Below, piece after piece: positions 26,384 through 35,631 of a stretch of 64,000 nucleotides of DNA (position 1 is the stretch's first letter; each line of letters opens with the position of its first letter). Both the position numbers and the translations under genes were made by a program. Source of the stretch: an uncultured Actinomycetes bacterium (GTDB taxonomy: Bacteria > Actinomycetota > Acidimicrobiia > Spongiisociales > ZC4RG35); NCBI GenBank assembly GCA_937989945.1, contig CALKIG010000106.1, forward strand, positions 2,925-66,924, in the 5' to 3' direction. The notes under the pieces are model-generated. The model made no database searches. It was not told where the DNA came from and worked only from the letters and a program-made list of their open reading frames with translations.

Positions 26384-27934
26384 ATGACCGCCATCGAAAA
26401 CGACTTACTCGGCGGGGTTCTGGCAACAGACCAATACCAGCTGACTATGGCGCAGGCGTATTGGAAAGACGGTCTGGCCGAGCGGCGGGCCCAGTTCGAC
26501 TACTTCTTCCGCAGCTATCCGGACTACGGGACCCATCAGGCCGGATACTGTGTTACGGCAGGGTTGGGGTGGCTACTCGAGTGGATGGAGACGGCACGTT
26601 TCGGCGAAGGCGAGCTGGAACAACTTCGATCGCAGAGGACCCCAGAGGGGCGGCGCCGGTTCGAGGACGGCTTCATCGATTGGCTCTCCGCTCACGGCGA
26701 CTTCTCCGGGATCACCGTCGACGCCATACCCGAAGGCAGGGTTGTTCACGCCAACGTGCCAATCGCCACGGTCACCGGCCCACTCGCCATGGCGCAAATC
26801 CTGGAGACGCCTTTCCTGAATCGCTCGAACTACCCGACCCTCGTCGCCACAAAGGCATCTCGGGCCAAGGAAGCAGCGCGGGGCCGCCCGGTCCTCGAAT
26901 TCGGTATGAGGCGAGGACCCGAATCAGGCTCCGACGCAGGATCACGCGCTGCCTTGATTGGTGGCTGTGACTTTTCCTCAAACACAGCTCTCTCACTGAG
27001 TCTCGGAATCGACCCGAAGGGAACACACGCCCACTCACTCGTCCAGGTCTATCTAGCGTTGGGTATGGGCGAGAAGGAAGCATTTCGACGCTTCGCCGCC
27101 GTCTACCCCGACGAGTGCACTCTCCTCGTCGACACCGTGGACACACTCACGTCAGGCGTACCAAACGCGATCGAGGTGTTTCGAGAGCTGGAAGCAGAGG
27201 GCCACGAACCAGCCGGTATCAGAATCGATTCCGGAGACCTCGCCTATCTCGCGATCCAGGCCGCCGCGCAGCTGGACTCCGCCGGATTCGAGCAGGTGAG
27301 CATCGTCCTCTCGTCGGATCTGGATGAGCTGGTCATCTGGCAGATCCTCTCCCAGATCGAAGCTGAAGCACCCAGGTACGGAGTCGATGCAAGCTCGCTG
27401 ATCTCGCGTCTCGTTTTCGGAGTCGGCACCCGCTTGGTCACTTCAGAAGGGGATCCATCCCTCGGAGGGGTTTACAAGCTGGTAGCCGTCGACGATGGGC
27501 ACGGCGACTGGGTGCCGGCGATCAAGGTCTCTGAAGACGCCGAGAAGATCCCGATCCCTGGCGATAAGAAGGTCTACCGCCTGTACGACGAACGCGGTCT
27601 CGCCACCGCCGATGTCGCCGCTCTGGTCGACGAAGATCTGCCGTCGTTCGACCACATCGACCTGTTCCACCCTCATCGGGAATTGCATCGTCGGATAGAC
27701 ATGTCGGAGATCTCCCGAGTGGAGGAGTTGCATCGCCGCGTGTTCGATGCCGGCCAAGCAACGAACGGCGAAGCCGACCTGGACGTGATGAGAAAGCGTC
27801 GGATTGCGGATCTCGAGCTACTCGACCCCGGAGTCCGCCGTCTGGTGAATCCACACGTCTATCACGTGTCCTTGACCAACCGGATGAAACAGCTGCAGAG
27901 AGATTTGGTCGCCCGGGCGCTCAACGGTGATTGA
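26384..27934 (+). CDS. pncB: nicotinate phosphoribosyltransferase
   Basis: About 516 aa from ATG 26384. LATDQYQLTMAQAYW N-terminus and HSLVQ, IRIDSGDL motifs of the NAPRTase family. Confidence 0.85.
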   Translation: MTAIENDLLGGVLATDQYQLTMAQAYWKDGLAERRAQFDYFFRSYPDYGTHQAGYCVTAGLGWLLEWMETARFGEGELEQLRSQRTPEGRRRFEDGFIDWLSAHGDFSGITVDAIPEGRVVHANVPIATVTGPLAMAQILETPFLNRSNYPTLVATKASRAKEAARGRPVLEFGMRRGPESGSDAGSRAALIGGCDFSSNTALSLSLGIDPKGTHAHSLVQVYLALGMGEKEAFRRFAAVYPDECTLLVDTVDTLTSGVPNAIEVFRELEAEGHEPAGIRIDSGDLAYLAIQAAAQLDSAGFEQVSIVLSSDLDELVIWQILSQIEAEAPRYGVDASSLISRLVFGVGTRLVTSEGDPSLGGVYKLVAVDDGHGDWVPAIKVSEDAEKIPIPGDKKVYRLYDERGLATADVAALVDEDLPSFDHIDLFHPHRELHRRIDMSEISRVEELHRRVFDAGQATNGEADLDVMRKRRIADLELLDPGVRRLVNPHVYHVSLTNRMKQLQRDLVARALNGD

Positions 27935-28522
27935 TCACTCGATGGTGACGCCGGCGTCGCTCATCGAGGCGACGGCTCTCGCTCCGTCGCCGGCCGAGAG
28001 ATTGACCGCGCTCGTCCCATCTGCGAGAAGCGTTGTCTCGAAGCCTTCTGACGACGAGTCGACAGCTGTTTCCTTGACGCAGTAGTCGAGAGCGAGCCCC
28101 AAAACGACGACGGTCTCCACGCCCTTCTCGCGAAGCCGATCGGAGAGCCCTGTCGACGAGACCTCTCCGGTCTCGGGATCGCGAATGTGGAATCCAGAGT
28201 ATCCGTCCTCTCCACCAACTCCCTTCTTGATCCTGAGCGAATCGTCTATCACTCGCAGATCGGGATGAAACTCCGCGCCTTCGGTCCCGGCCACACAGTG
28301 GACCGGCCATATCCCACCGTCCTTCTCGAAATGCGGAGTCGAGTCGGGGTGCCAGTCCTGGGTGTAAACCACGTGAGCACCGCTGCGCCGGGCTCTGTCG
28401 ATCTCGGCGTTGATGAAGGGAATCACCTCGTCGCCTCCTGGCACGTAGAGGCTCCCGCGTGGGCTGGCGAAGTCGTTCTGCACGTCGACGACGATCAGGG
28501 CAGTCGCATCGTTGTATTCCAT
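27935..28522 (-). CDS. pncA: nicotinamidase / pyrazinamidase (isochorismatase family)
   Basis: ALIVVDVQNDF, TQDWHP, GLALDYCV (Asp/Lys/Cys triad context). ATG 28522 is preferred; the ORF is open to 28567. Its stop codon abuts the pncB stop codon. Confidence 0.85.
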   Translation of the reverse strand: MEYNDATALIVVDVQNDFASPRGSLYVPGGDEVIPFINAEIDRARRSGAHVVYTQDWHPDSTPHFEKDGGIWPVHCVAGTEGAEFHPDLRVIDDSLRIKKGVGGEDGYSGFHIRDPETGEVSSTGLSDRLREKGVETVVVLGLALDYCVKETAVDSSSEGFETTLLADGTSAVNLSAGDGARAVASMSDAGVTIE

Positions 28523-28638
28523 GACACTGAGGCTATCCGGCCTCGGGGCTATCCGGGCCTCGGGCATCCGGCCTCAGGGCTAGCCGGCAGGGAGCCGTAG
28601 TGGCCGACGAGGCATCGCCCAGTTTCCCACCCATCAAG

Positions 28639-29148
28639 TCATGCGTCGCTGGTCAACCACTCTTTCTGCAAGGCGGCCGCGATCTCATCTGTCCAAGCCT
28701 CGATCACGTTCCATTCGCGATAGTCGCCGACCGGTGCTCTCAACGCCTTGATGATTGCCTTCTCGGCGAAACCGACCTTCGCAGGATCGATCTTGCCAGC
28801 AAAAACCCGGTGTTCGACCGGGTCGGCAAGCTCGATCATCTCTACTGCGTCAACAGGGTCCTCTTCGGGCTTGGGAGGCTCTCCCACAGGTCCGCTCGAA
28901 AACAGCCAGACCGGGACCTCGAGAAGACGGCTCGAGTGGGTGCGGACCATCTCCTTGGCAACGGGCATCCAGTGGCCTGCATAAACCGCACTGCCGATGA
29001 CGGCCGCCTCAAAGTCGCCTGCACCGTCGATCTCACCCGGCTCCACCACATCGGCCGTGAAGCCGGCCTCCCGGAGCCTGTTTGCTATCGCAGCAGCGAT
29101 CTCAGCCGTTGAGCCGTGCTTCGAAGCCGCGCTGACAACCACTCTCAT
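28639..29148 (-). CDS. flavodoxin-domain protein (HemG-like family)
   Basis: 169 aa. MRVVVSAASKHGSTAEIAAAIANRL FMN-binding N-terminus; IGSAVYAGHW. Confidence 0.75.
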   Translation of the reverse strand: MRVVVSAASKHGSTAEIAAAIANRLREAGFTADVVEPGEIDGAGDFEAAVIGSAVYAGHWMPVAKEMVRTHSSRLLEVPVWLFSSGPVGEPPKPEEDPVDAVEMIELADPVEHRVFAGKIDPAKVGFAEKAIIKALRAPVGDYREWNVIEAWTDEIAAALQKEWLTSDA

Positions 29149-29267
29149 TCGCGCATCCTTTCGACAATGGCCTGCAGTGTGGATTCTGCGGGGCAGGCTG
29201 ATGTGCCACTAGGGCCATGAGGCCCGGTTCTCAGGACGTTTTGCCCTGACTCATAGCGTTCGCGTTA

Positions 29268-29293
29268 GGGGGTGCCGGCTGACCGGCACCCCC
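29268..29293 (-). terminator. GC-rich hairpin downstream of csbD (11-bp perfect stem, 4-nt loop, no U-tract)
   Basis: GGGGGTGCCGG-CTGA-CCGGCACCCCC, ending 23 nt beyond the csbD stop. Confidence 0.5.
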
Positions 29294-29315
29294 AAGTGCT
29301 GAGCGTGACCTGTCC

Positions 29316-29501
29316 TCAGCGGTCGAGTCGATCCTCGATGTCCTCGCGCGCCTCGCCGGTTCGCTCTTTGATACGCCCGACGAGCTCGTCGTAGTTGCCC
29401 TCGGCGACATCGAGATCGTCGTCGGTCAGCTCGCCCCAGTTCTGCTTCGCTTTGCCCTTGAGTTGGTCCCAACGACCTTCCCATTTGAGTTTGTTGGCCA
29501 T
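29316..29501 (-). CDS. CsbD family general-stress protein
   Basis: 61 aa from ATG 29501: MANKLKWEGRWDQLKGKAKQNWGELTDDDLDVAEGNYDELVGRIKERTG is the canonical CsbD pattern. Confidence 0.8.
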   Translation of the reverse strand: MANKLKWEGRWDQLKGKAKQNWGELTDDDLDVAEGNYDELVGRIKERTGEAREDIEDRLDR

Positions 29502-29564
29502 GACTGCTCCTTTCGTGGCCCGATTGCGGCCGTCGAGTTCCCCGAGCACCAGGCCTGGAAACAT

Positions 29565-29613
29565 TAAAAAAGCGAATCTCCGGCCCATGGGCATGGGTGC
29601 CGGAGATTCGCTT
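29565..29613 (-). terminator. rho-independent terminator (15-bp stem followed by T-run on the minus strand)
   Basis: AAGCGAATCTCCGGC ... GCCGGAGATTCGCTT (29570..29613), with the A-run 29566..29571 giving a T-tract on the minus strand. Lies 45 nt downstream of the small membrane-protein gene. Confidence 0.8.
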
Positions 29614-29657
29614 CATCCGCCCGCGTCAGCAGGCGGAGACTCGAAGTCCAGTGATGG

Positions 29658-29813
29658 CTACCAGTAGTGGGCTCTCGGACCAACCGCCCGACCGGCGGCT
29701 CCAAGGATCCAGAGAACTGCACCGATAACGACGAGGATCCCGCCAATCGTGTACAGAATCCCGATGTCGAGCAGTGCCGCAAGTAGCAGCAGGATGACAC
29801 CTGTGATGATCAT
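29658..29813 (-). CDS. small hydrophobic protein (51 aa, 2 TM)
   Basis: MIITGVILLLLAALLDIGILYTIGGILVVIGAVLWILGAAG. AAAGGAAAA lies upstream of ATG 29813. Followed by a strong terminator. Confidence 0.5.
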   Translation of the reverse strand: MIITGVILLLLAALLDIGILYTIGGILVVIGAVLWILGAAGRAVGPRAHYW

Positions 29814-29905
29814 GATTTTCCTTTCGAGGCTTGACTGGCCTGCAATTGCCCAGAAACTCGAGAGGTCAAACGTCGAATCGGCCCGCACTCACTGCGTATA
29901 GGCGC

Positions 29906-30439
29906 TCACCGGAGACGAAGCTCGTAGAAAGCCACGTCGAGCCACCGATCGAACTTCCGTCCCACCTCATGAAACGTTCCAACGTGGCGAAATCCGAGAC
30001 GCTCATGAAGAGCGACGCTCGGCGGATTTGGGACGGTTATGCCTGCGACGACCGTGTGGCATCCGCTTCCTCGTAGCTGGGCGATCAGAGCGGCCATGAG
30101 CTCATGACCAACACCGCTGCCCCGATGGTCACCTCGTACATAGACCGTGGTCTCCCTCGTCGTGTCATAGGCCGGCCTGGCTCGAAAGGCAGTTGCGTAT
30201 GCATAGCCAACGATCTCACCTTCGATTTCGAGCACGAGCCACGGGCCCGACTTCATCACTTGCGCGATGCGTTCGGCCATCTCAGTCTCGTCTGGAGGCG
30301 AGAGCTCGAAGGAGACCGTCGTATCCGTGACGATTGGCGCGTAAATCGCTGCGATCGCACGTGCATCTTCGGGGACGACCGGGCGCACGATGCGCGCCCT
30401 GTCGGCCAAGTCCGGCGACCTATTCGTCCGATCGCCCAT
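29906..30439 (-). CDS. GNAT acetyltransferase, phosphinothricin N-acetyltransferase (PAT/ArsN1)-like
   Basis: 177 aa. IRPVVPEDARAIAAIYAPIV...TVSFE...YAYATAFRARPAY...TVYV...RGSGVGHELM matches the PAT family pattern. Confidence 0.8.
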   Translation of the reverse strand: MGDRTNRSPDLADRARIVRPVVPEDARAIAAIYAPIVTDTTVSFELSPPDETEMAERIAQVMKSGPWLVLEIEGEIVGYAYATAFRARPAYDTTRETTVYVRGDHRGSGVGHELMAALIAQLRGSGCHTVVAGITVPNPPSVALHERLGFRHVGTFHEVGRKFDRWLDVAFYELRLR

Positions 30440-31173
30440 CAGAGGATCTCCTCATAAACAGCCTGAAGCCGATCTGACGGCTCGACCCCGAGCTCGGAGG
30501 CAAGGACTTCTCTCGCCCGGGCGAACACACGTAGAGCGGCTGCTCGATTCCCCTGGTCTGCGCAGGCCCGCATGAGCTTGATATATCCCGTTTCCCGATA
30601 AGGGTCGATCGCGATGAGCTGCTCGGCCGCCGCTCCTGACTGGACCGGATCATCCAACAGAGACCAAGCGTCGGCGACCACTTCGAATGCGCGGACGAGG
30701 CGGTTGTGGAAAGCCCGCCGCTGCTCATCGATCCACAGCCCGGAAACACCCGGGAGAAACGGACGGCGAAAAACGGCCGAGGCAACGGCTGCGCCAACCC
30801 AGGCCCGACGAGCGTCATCGCGGCGCAGGGCTCCCTCCGCGGCATCGAGCTCTCGGGTCGCGTCAAGGGCATCGACCCAGATGCTCGGATCACGGCGCAT
30901 TTCGACCGATCCGGCGGATGACACCAACCTCGATCCGTCGTCGCCGGCCTTTTCGAGTGCGCGGCGAACCTTGGACAGTATTGGCGACAGGCTCCGCTCC
31001 CAGCCCTCGGGAGGTTCGGCCCACATGATCGATGCCAGCCGATCGCGCGCCATCGCATGGGGAGTCAGTGCGAGCGCCGCCACGGCAATGCGGCCCTGCA
31101 AGCCAGGCAGGTCGGCTTCGTCTACGACCCTCTCGGCTTCGAGGGTGACCCTTCCCGTCACATAGATCCGCAC
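30439..31173 (-). CDS. SARP (AfsR/DnrI) family regulator: winged-helix DNA-binding domain + BTAD
   Basis: VRIYVTGRVTLEAE...RDRLASIMWAE (OmpR-type wHTH), then BTAD-like LIAIDPYRETGYIKLMRACADQGNRAAALRVFARAREVLASELGVEPS. GTG 31173 is preferred; the ORF is open to 31248. Its stop shares one base with the GNAT ATG. Confidence 0.8.
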   Translation of the reverse strand: MRIYVTGRVTLEAERVVDEADLPGLQGRIAVAALALTPHAMARDRLASIMWAEPPEGWERSLSPILSKVRRALEKAGDDGSRLVSSAGSVEMRRDPSIWVDALDATRELDAAEGALRRDDARRAWVGAAVASAVFRRPFLPGVSGLWIDEQRRAFHNRLVRAFEVVADAWSLLDDPVQSGAAAEQLIAIDPYRETGYIKLMRACADQGNRAAALRVFARAREVLASELGVEPSDRLQAVYEEIL

Positions 31174-31235
31174 CAAGGCATCGCCAACCGTTTGACAACA
31201 TCGATAACGTAGCGTCGCCTTCGATTGGAGGAAGC

Positions 31236-31394
31236 GTGGTCGATACAAGCAAGGTCATCGAGTGCCCATGCGGTGTGATCCTGGAGGGCAAAGGCGACGA
31301 CGCCGTCGTCGTAAAGGCCCAGGAGCATGCTCGTGAGGTTCACGAGATGGAGCTCACCAGTGAGCAGGCACTTGCCATGGCTCGACCCGCATGA
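31236..31394 (+). CDS. DUF1059-like small protein (52 aa), not in the supplied ORF track
   Basis: Own translation from GTG 31236 after GGAGGA: VVDTSKVIECPCGVILEGKGDDAVVVKAQEHAREVHEMELTSEQALAMARPA. The KVIECPCG...H...LT.EQAL pattern is typical of DUF1059. Confidence 0.6.
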   Translation: MVDTSKVIECPCGVILEGKGDDAVVVKAQEHAREVHEMELTSEQALAMARPA

Positions 31395-31408
31395 TCGAAG
31401 GAGACGAC

Positions 31409-31582
31409 ATGTACAAGCTCGAGTGCGCCCAACTGTTCGATGGATGTCCCGGAGTGGTCGAGGGCGAGACCACTGACGACGTGCTCACCAAAGCCGCAGC
31501 ACATGCAGCCGATGCGCACGGTCTTTCCGAGCTTGACTCAGAGACAGCCGAGGCGGTTAGGAACGCAATCATCGCCGCCTGA
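31409..31582 (+). CDS. DUF1059 family small protein (57 aa)
   Basis: MYKLECAQLFDGCPGVVEGETTDDVLTKAAAHAADAHGL. AGGAGA lies 6 nt upstream of ATG 31409. Confidence 0.7.
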   Translation: MYKLECAQLFDGCPGVVEGETTDDVLTKAAAHAADAHGLSELDSETAEAVRNAIIAA

Positions 31583-31720
31583 CGAAGGCAAGTGATCCTC
31601 GCCAACTAGCGCCGAGCCTCCCAACTCCCATCGGTCTCAGACCTGTCTAAGGGCGGGCTTGAGTATGGCGCTCGCCAGTAATCACATCCTGCTGAGCCAG
31701 GCCGGGTACGGTCAATCGTC

Positions 31721-32344
31721 ATGGACGAGTTGACCATCGTTGCAGCACAGCTCGAGCGGATGCGCGGGATGACCCGCTACTACCACGAGCAGTTCTTCTC
31801 CGACACCCGCAACGTTGTCATCGGTGTCCTCGCCCTATTCGTGGCCGGCTGGGCAATCGCACCACAAGCGTTCCTGCTCATCCCGGTACTCGCGCTGATT
31901 GGCGCCAATCAGACTGCCTTCGATGCCTCATACCTCTACTTCGCACGTCACTACGCGAGTGCGCTTGAACGGAGCATCAACGAGAAGTTGGGCGCGAGAT
32001 GGCTGGTTGGCGCCGAGTTGGAGGACCGCTATCTGTTTCCGCTCTCGGAGCCGAAGATCGTGACCATTCGGGTTGGCTCTGAATTCAGCTGGTTTGGGTG
32101 GATGACCGTCCTGTTCACGCTGGCTGGAGCGGTTGCATTCGTCGCGGGATTGGCACTGGGCTGGAGCGTCCTCGAAAACGCGGGTACTGAGTGGACAATC
32201 TTCTATTTGGCCAGCCTCGGCTCGCTGACAATCGCGTCACTCGCGACCGGGTACTGGTGGTTCGCCGCTGGCGAGGGCGAGCGTCGTCTGAGAGAGGTCC
32301 TCGAGGGACTCGGTCATCCCAACGAGCCTGGCGGAAACGAATGA
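31721..32344 (+). CDS. hypothetical membrane protein (4 TM)
   Basis: 207 aa. Hydrophobic helices at about 35-75 and 125-185. Stop overlaps the next ATG (ATGA). Confidence 0.6.
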   Translation: MDELTIVAAQLERMRGMTRYYHEQFFSDTRNVVIGVLALFVAGWAIAPQAFLLIPVLALIGANQTAFDASYLYFARHYASALERSINEKLGARWLVGAELEDRYLFPLSEPKIVTIRVGSEFSWFGWMTVLFTLAGAVAFVAGLALGWSVLENAGTEWTIFYLASLGSLTIASLATGYWWFAAGEGERRLREVLEGLGHPNEPGGNE

Positions 32345-33063
32345 CAGATCTGGTGATCATCACAGGGGCTTCAGGGGGACTGGGCCTCGCCTTGTCTCGA
32401 TCCGTTCCATTCCCGGCCCGAATCATCGATATCTCCAGGTCAGGACCGCCCGAGAGCTCGGGCATCGAGCACCTCCAAGCCGATCTCACAAACGTGGCTG
32501 GATGGGACGATCTCATCGAGGAGATCGTCAGCATCGTCGGCAAGGAAAAGCCGGACCGGGCGGTTTTCATACACAACGCCGGCACCCTCCGACCCATTGG
32601 ATTTTCCGGAGAGGTTGCACGTGTCGAGTACGAGAAAAACGTGATCCTGAACAGTGCGGCGGGCCAGGTTCTCGGCAACGGTTTCCTCGAGGCGGTCCAC
32701 GGCTTGGAGGGCACATTCGACGTGGTGATGATCACGTCAGGGGCAGCGAGCAAGGCATACCCGGGATGGTCGGCCTACGGGGCAGGAAAGGCAGCGCTCG
32801 AGCATTGGGTTCGAAATGTCGGTGCCGAGCAGCAGATTCGTGGCGGCGTCCGCCTTGCGGCAATAGCCCCTGGGGTCCTCGACACCGCGATGCAGGCCCA
32901 GATCAGAGAGCAGTCGGAGGAGGACTTTCCCGATGTGGGCCGATTCCGCGACTTGCATCAGGATGATCGACTGACATCACCCGAAGTGGCGGCGAGCAAG
33001 CTGTGGAAGGTGCTGGAATCCGGGTTCGAGTCAGGGACGATCCTCGACCTGCGCAGTATCTGA
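32341..33063 (+). CDS. SDR family oxidoreductase (sepiapterin-reductase-like)
   Basis: 240 aa from ATG 32341. ITGASGGLGLAL cofactor motif; catalytic YGAGKAAL. Confidence 0.85.
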   Translation: MTDLVIITGASGGLGLALSRSVPFPARIIDISRSGPPESSGIEHLQADLTNVAGWDDLIEEIVSIVGKEKPDRAVFIHNAGTLRPIGFSGEVARVEYEKNVILNSAAGQVLGNGFLEAVHGLEGTFDVVMITSGAASKAYPGWSAYGAGKAALEHWVRNVGAEQQIRGGVRLAAIAPGVLDTAMQAQIREQSEEDFPDVGRFRDLHQDDRLTSPEVAASKLWKVLESGFESGTILDLRSI

Positions 33064-35529
33064 GCGCGCCGGGTGGTCTTGGAGCCCGAACGGGCCCGAA
33101 CCCGAGATGCCGTTCCCGTTGCTTTCGAAGCGGGCCGATGGGGGACCCGCCGCTTCCGATGTCATCGTCTTGGGCTCAACTTCCTCCTGTTGGGACCCAG
33201 GTTCGGTGGGCAAGCTCAACTCGAATACGCTCCCCGTGGAGTCGGCTCGATAGACCAGGTCGCCTCTCATGAGTCTGGCGAGTTGACGGGAGACCGTCAG
33301 CCCGAGCCCGATGGAAGCAGGCTGGGTCGGCGTGTCGTGGGCGCGCACATATGGCTCGAATATGGACTCCCACTGCGACTCATCGAGACCTGCACCGTCG
33401 TCTCGCACCGTGAGTCTTGTGACTGTCTCACCATCGATCGTTTCACCCTCGAATGCCTCGATCGTGACAGTTGGACCGCCATAGCGGATTGCGTTCGTGA
33501 TCAGGTTGCGAAGGATCTGGCGGGTACGAGTCGGGTCGGCCCACACTTTGCCGCGTCCGCCTTCGATCCGGACGTTGTTTTCCGTCATAGCGCCGAGTGC
33601 GGCTAGCTCCGCTTCAGCCTGCGACCGCAGGTAGACATCCTGGGGTCTGATCGTGATCGTGCCAATCTCGGCTCTCGCCGACACAAGAAGATCTTCGACC
33701 ATGTCGGCCATCTCCTGACTCTGATCAGCGATCAGCTCGAGCATCTCGGTGATCTCGCGCACCTGGAAACCCGACACGTTGTCACGCAACTCCTCGGCGA
33801 AGCCCAAGACGGCGGCAAGCGGCGTTCGCAGCTCATGGGAAACGCTGGCTATGAACTTGTCCTTGGAGCGGACCAGGTCCTCGAGCCGCCGACGCGCCAC
33901 GTCGCGCTCCCAGAAGGTCCCCAACATCGGGGCGGCAACCTCCAACATGCGGACTGCGTCTCTCGTCCACTCGGTCTGCCTGTCGACATCGACGAATCCA
34001 ACGGTCCCCACCCACTCGCCCCCGGAGAAGACGGGAACTCCGAGCACCGAGCGAGCTTCTTCATCGGCTCCCTCGACCACGGCTTCGTCATCATCTGCAA
34101 CGCGCTGATACGGCCGACCCCTGCTGAGGAGTGCACGTGCCTCCTCGTAGTCGGACCATGACCACTTCTGCCCTTCCCAACCTTCGAAGTCGAATCCGGG
34201 GACATTTGCCGATGACACGATCCGGAAGGCCGGCCCGATGTCAGGGTCTTCGAAGTTGATCGAGAGATAGGCCCGGTCTGCCCCGATCGTCTCCCTCAGG
34301 GTCTCGAGGGCGGCGGTGAGTCCATCCATTCCGCTGGTCAGCACGAGCGCCCGTGAGCATGAAGCCAAGGCGTGCTCATAGTCCAGCAGCCGGCGGTTGG
34401 ATTCGAGCGCTCGTGCAAGCCTTTGCTCCACCTCGATCCTGGGAGCTATGTCCGAGAATGTGACTATCACACGGCTCAGATCGGGGTTGCCCATGCGATC
34501 GGGGACGGCCCAGTGCATCACGGCCTCGAGAGAGTCTCCACCGAGCGTTCGCCCGGCCAGGTCCAATGCCACGCTTCTGCGGCCCTCCCAGATCGCGACG
34601 AACTGTTGAATGAAGGGAGCCAATTCGCCCTCGACGCGGTCGGCCTTCTCAAAGTCGGCGATGAGCTGCTCCTCGGAGGCCGCTCCGATCATCTCGACTG
34701 CCGCCGGGTTCGCCCTTCGGATCTTCACTTTCGAGATGAGCCGTCTCGCCTCTTCGGGTCGATCACGGAGATACAACGTCAGATCGGTCACTCCCCTGGA
34801 TCGCAATTCATCCAAAGCCTTGCCCACCTCGCTGAAGTCCTCTTCCATGATTGCGACCGGGGACGTGTGAAGCATGAGCTCGTTGTTCTCCTCCTCGCTG
34901 GCCATCGCGTCGGCGGCGACACGCATCAGGCGCCAGGCGGCAACGCCGAGAGACCCGAGGAGGACCATTGCCAGGGCCATTTCGGCGACTTCCACGTCTG
35001 GCAATAGAACCGGGAGCACCGCCATCGAGAGCAGTGCACACCAGCTCACGAACCATGCGGCCCGACGTCTTTCTAGAGAGAAGATGCCGACGAACGCGAA
35101 GAACGTCATCGCAGGGATCGTGACCAGATGCGCCGTGCGATCGACGAATGGGACGACCAGGGCCGTACCGGTTGCTATCACCAGCAACGCATGGAATGTG
35201 TTGAAACGAGGCAGCTGACGCTGCAAGACGCCCGTCACAGAGATGACCAGACAGAGCGTTGCGAGCACGAGGAGATCTGCTCGTCCAAATACGGTTGCGC
35301 CCGCCAGGACGATCAACCCGCATGCCCCAGCGACCCAGATCGAGACTCCGATCAGGATGTTGCCGATGAGCTGCTGAGACGCAGAGCCATGTACACCGGG
35401 AGCCGTCGCGTCAAAGTGACCTTTCTCGGTGTTCCCGTCAACGACAGGGCCCACCGGCGTTTCGATCACCTTGCTTTGGGTCATCGTGCCCAGTGCTTGC
35501 CGGGGATGTGTTGGTTGATGGGCCCCCAT
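33031..35529 (-). CDS. multi-TM PAS-GAF sensor histidine kinase
   Basis: 832 aa. About 200 aa with 5-6 TM helices, PAS-like and GAF-like regions, H-box FIASVSHELRTPL, N-box NLITNAIRYG, G-boxes DDGAGL and GLGLTV. Low-complexity C-terminal tail. An alternative start is at 35484. Confidence 0.85.
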   Translation of the reverse strand: MGAHQPTHPRQALGTMTQSKVIETPVGPVVDGNTEKGHFDATAPGVHGSASQQLIGNILIGVSIWVAGACGLIVLAGATVFGRADLLVLATLCLVISVTGVLQRQLPRFNTFHALLVIATGTALVVPFVDRTAHLVTIPAMTFFAFVGIFSLERRRAAWFVSWCALLSMAVLPVLLPDVEVAEMALAMVLLGSLGVAAWRLMRVAADAMASEEENNELMLHTSPVAIMEEDFSEVGKALDELRSRGVTDLTLYLRDRPEEARRLISKVKIRRANPAAVEMIGAASEEQLIADFEKADRVEGELAPFIQQFVAIWEGRRSVALDLAGRTLGGDSLEAVMHWAVPDRMGNPDLSRVIVTFSDIAPRIEVEQRLARALESNRRLLDYEHALASCSRALVLTSGMDGLTAALETLRETIGADRAYLSINFEDPDIGPAFRIVSSANVPGFDFEGWEGQKWSWSDYEEARALLSRGRPYQRVADDDEAVVEGADEEARSVLGVPVFSGGEWVGTVGFVDVDRQTEWTRDAVRMLEVAAPMLGTFWERDVARRRLEDLVRSKDKFIASVSHELRTPLAAVLGFAEELRDNVSGFQVREITEMLELIADQSQEMADMVEDLLVSARAEIGTITIRPQDVYLRSQAEAELAALGAMTENNVRIEGGRGKVWADPTRTRQILRNLITNAIRYGGPTVTIEAFEGETIDGETVTRLTVRDDGAGLDESQWESIFEPYVRAHDTPTQPASIGLGLTVSRQLARLMRGDLVYRADSTGSVFELSLPTEPGSQQEEVEPKTMTSEAAGPPSARFESNGNGISGSGPFGLQDHPARSDTAQVEDRP

Positions 35530-35631
35530 CCGATTCGGGGGAGGCGCGCTGCTACGAAGGAGGCCTTCATAGCTTGACTATCGGCGGGAAACCCCCCTAT
35601 CTGAAGATTCCCCAAGGCCTGGCAATCGAGA

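Noticed and set aside
29251-29616. 121-aa minus-strand ORF overlapping csbD
   Set aside because: It is in a different frame from the clearly recognisable CsbD protein, spans two terminator hairpins, and is Arg/Gly-rich.
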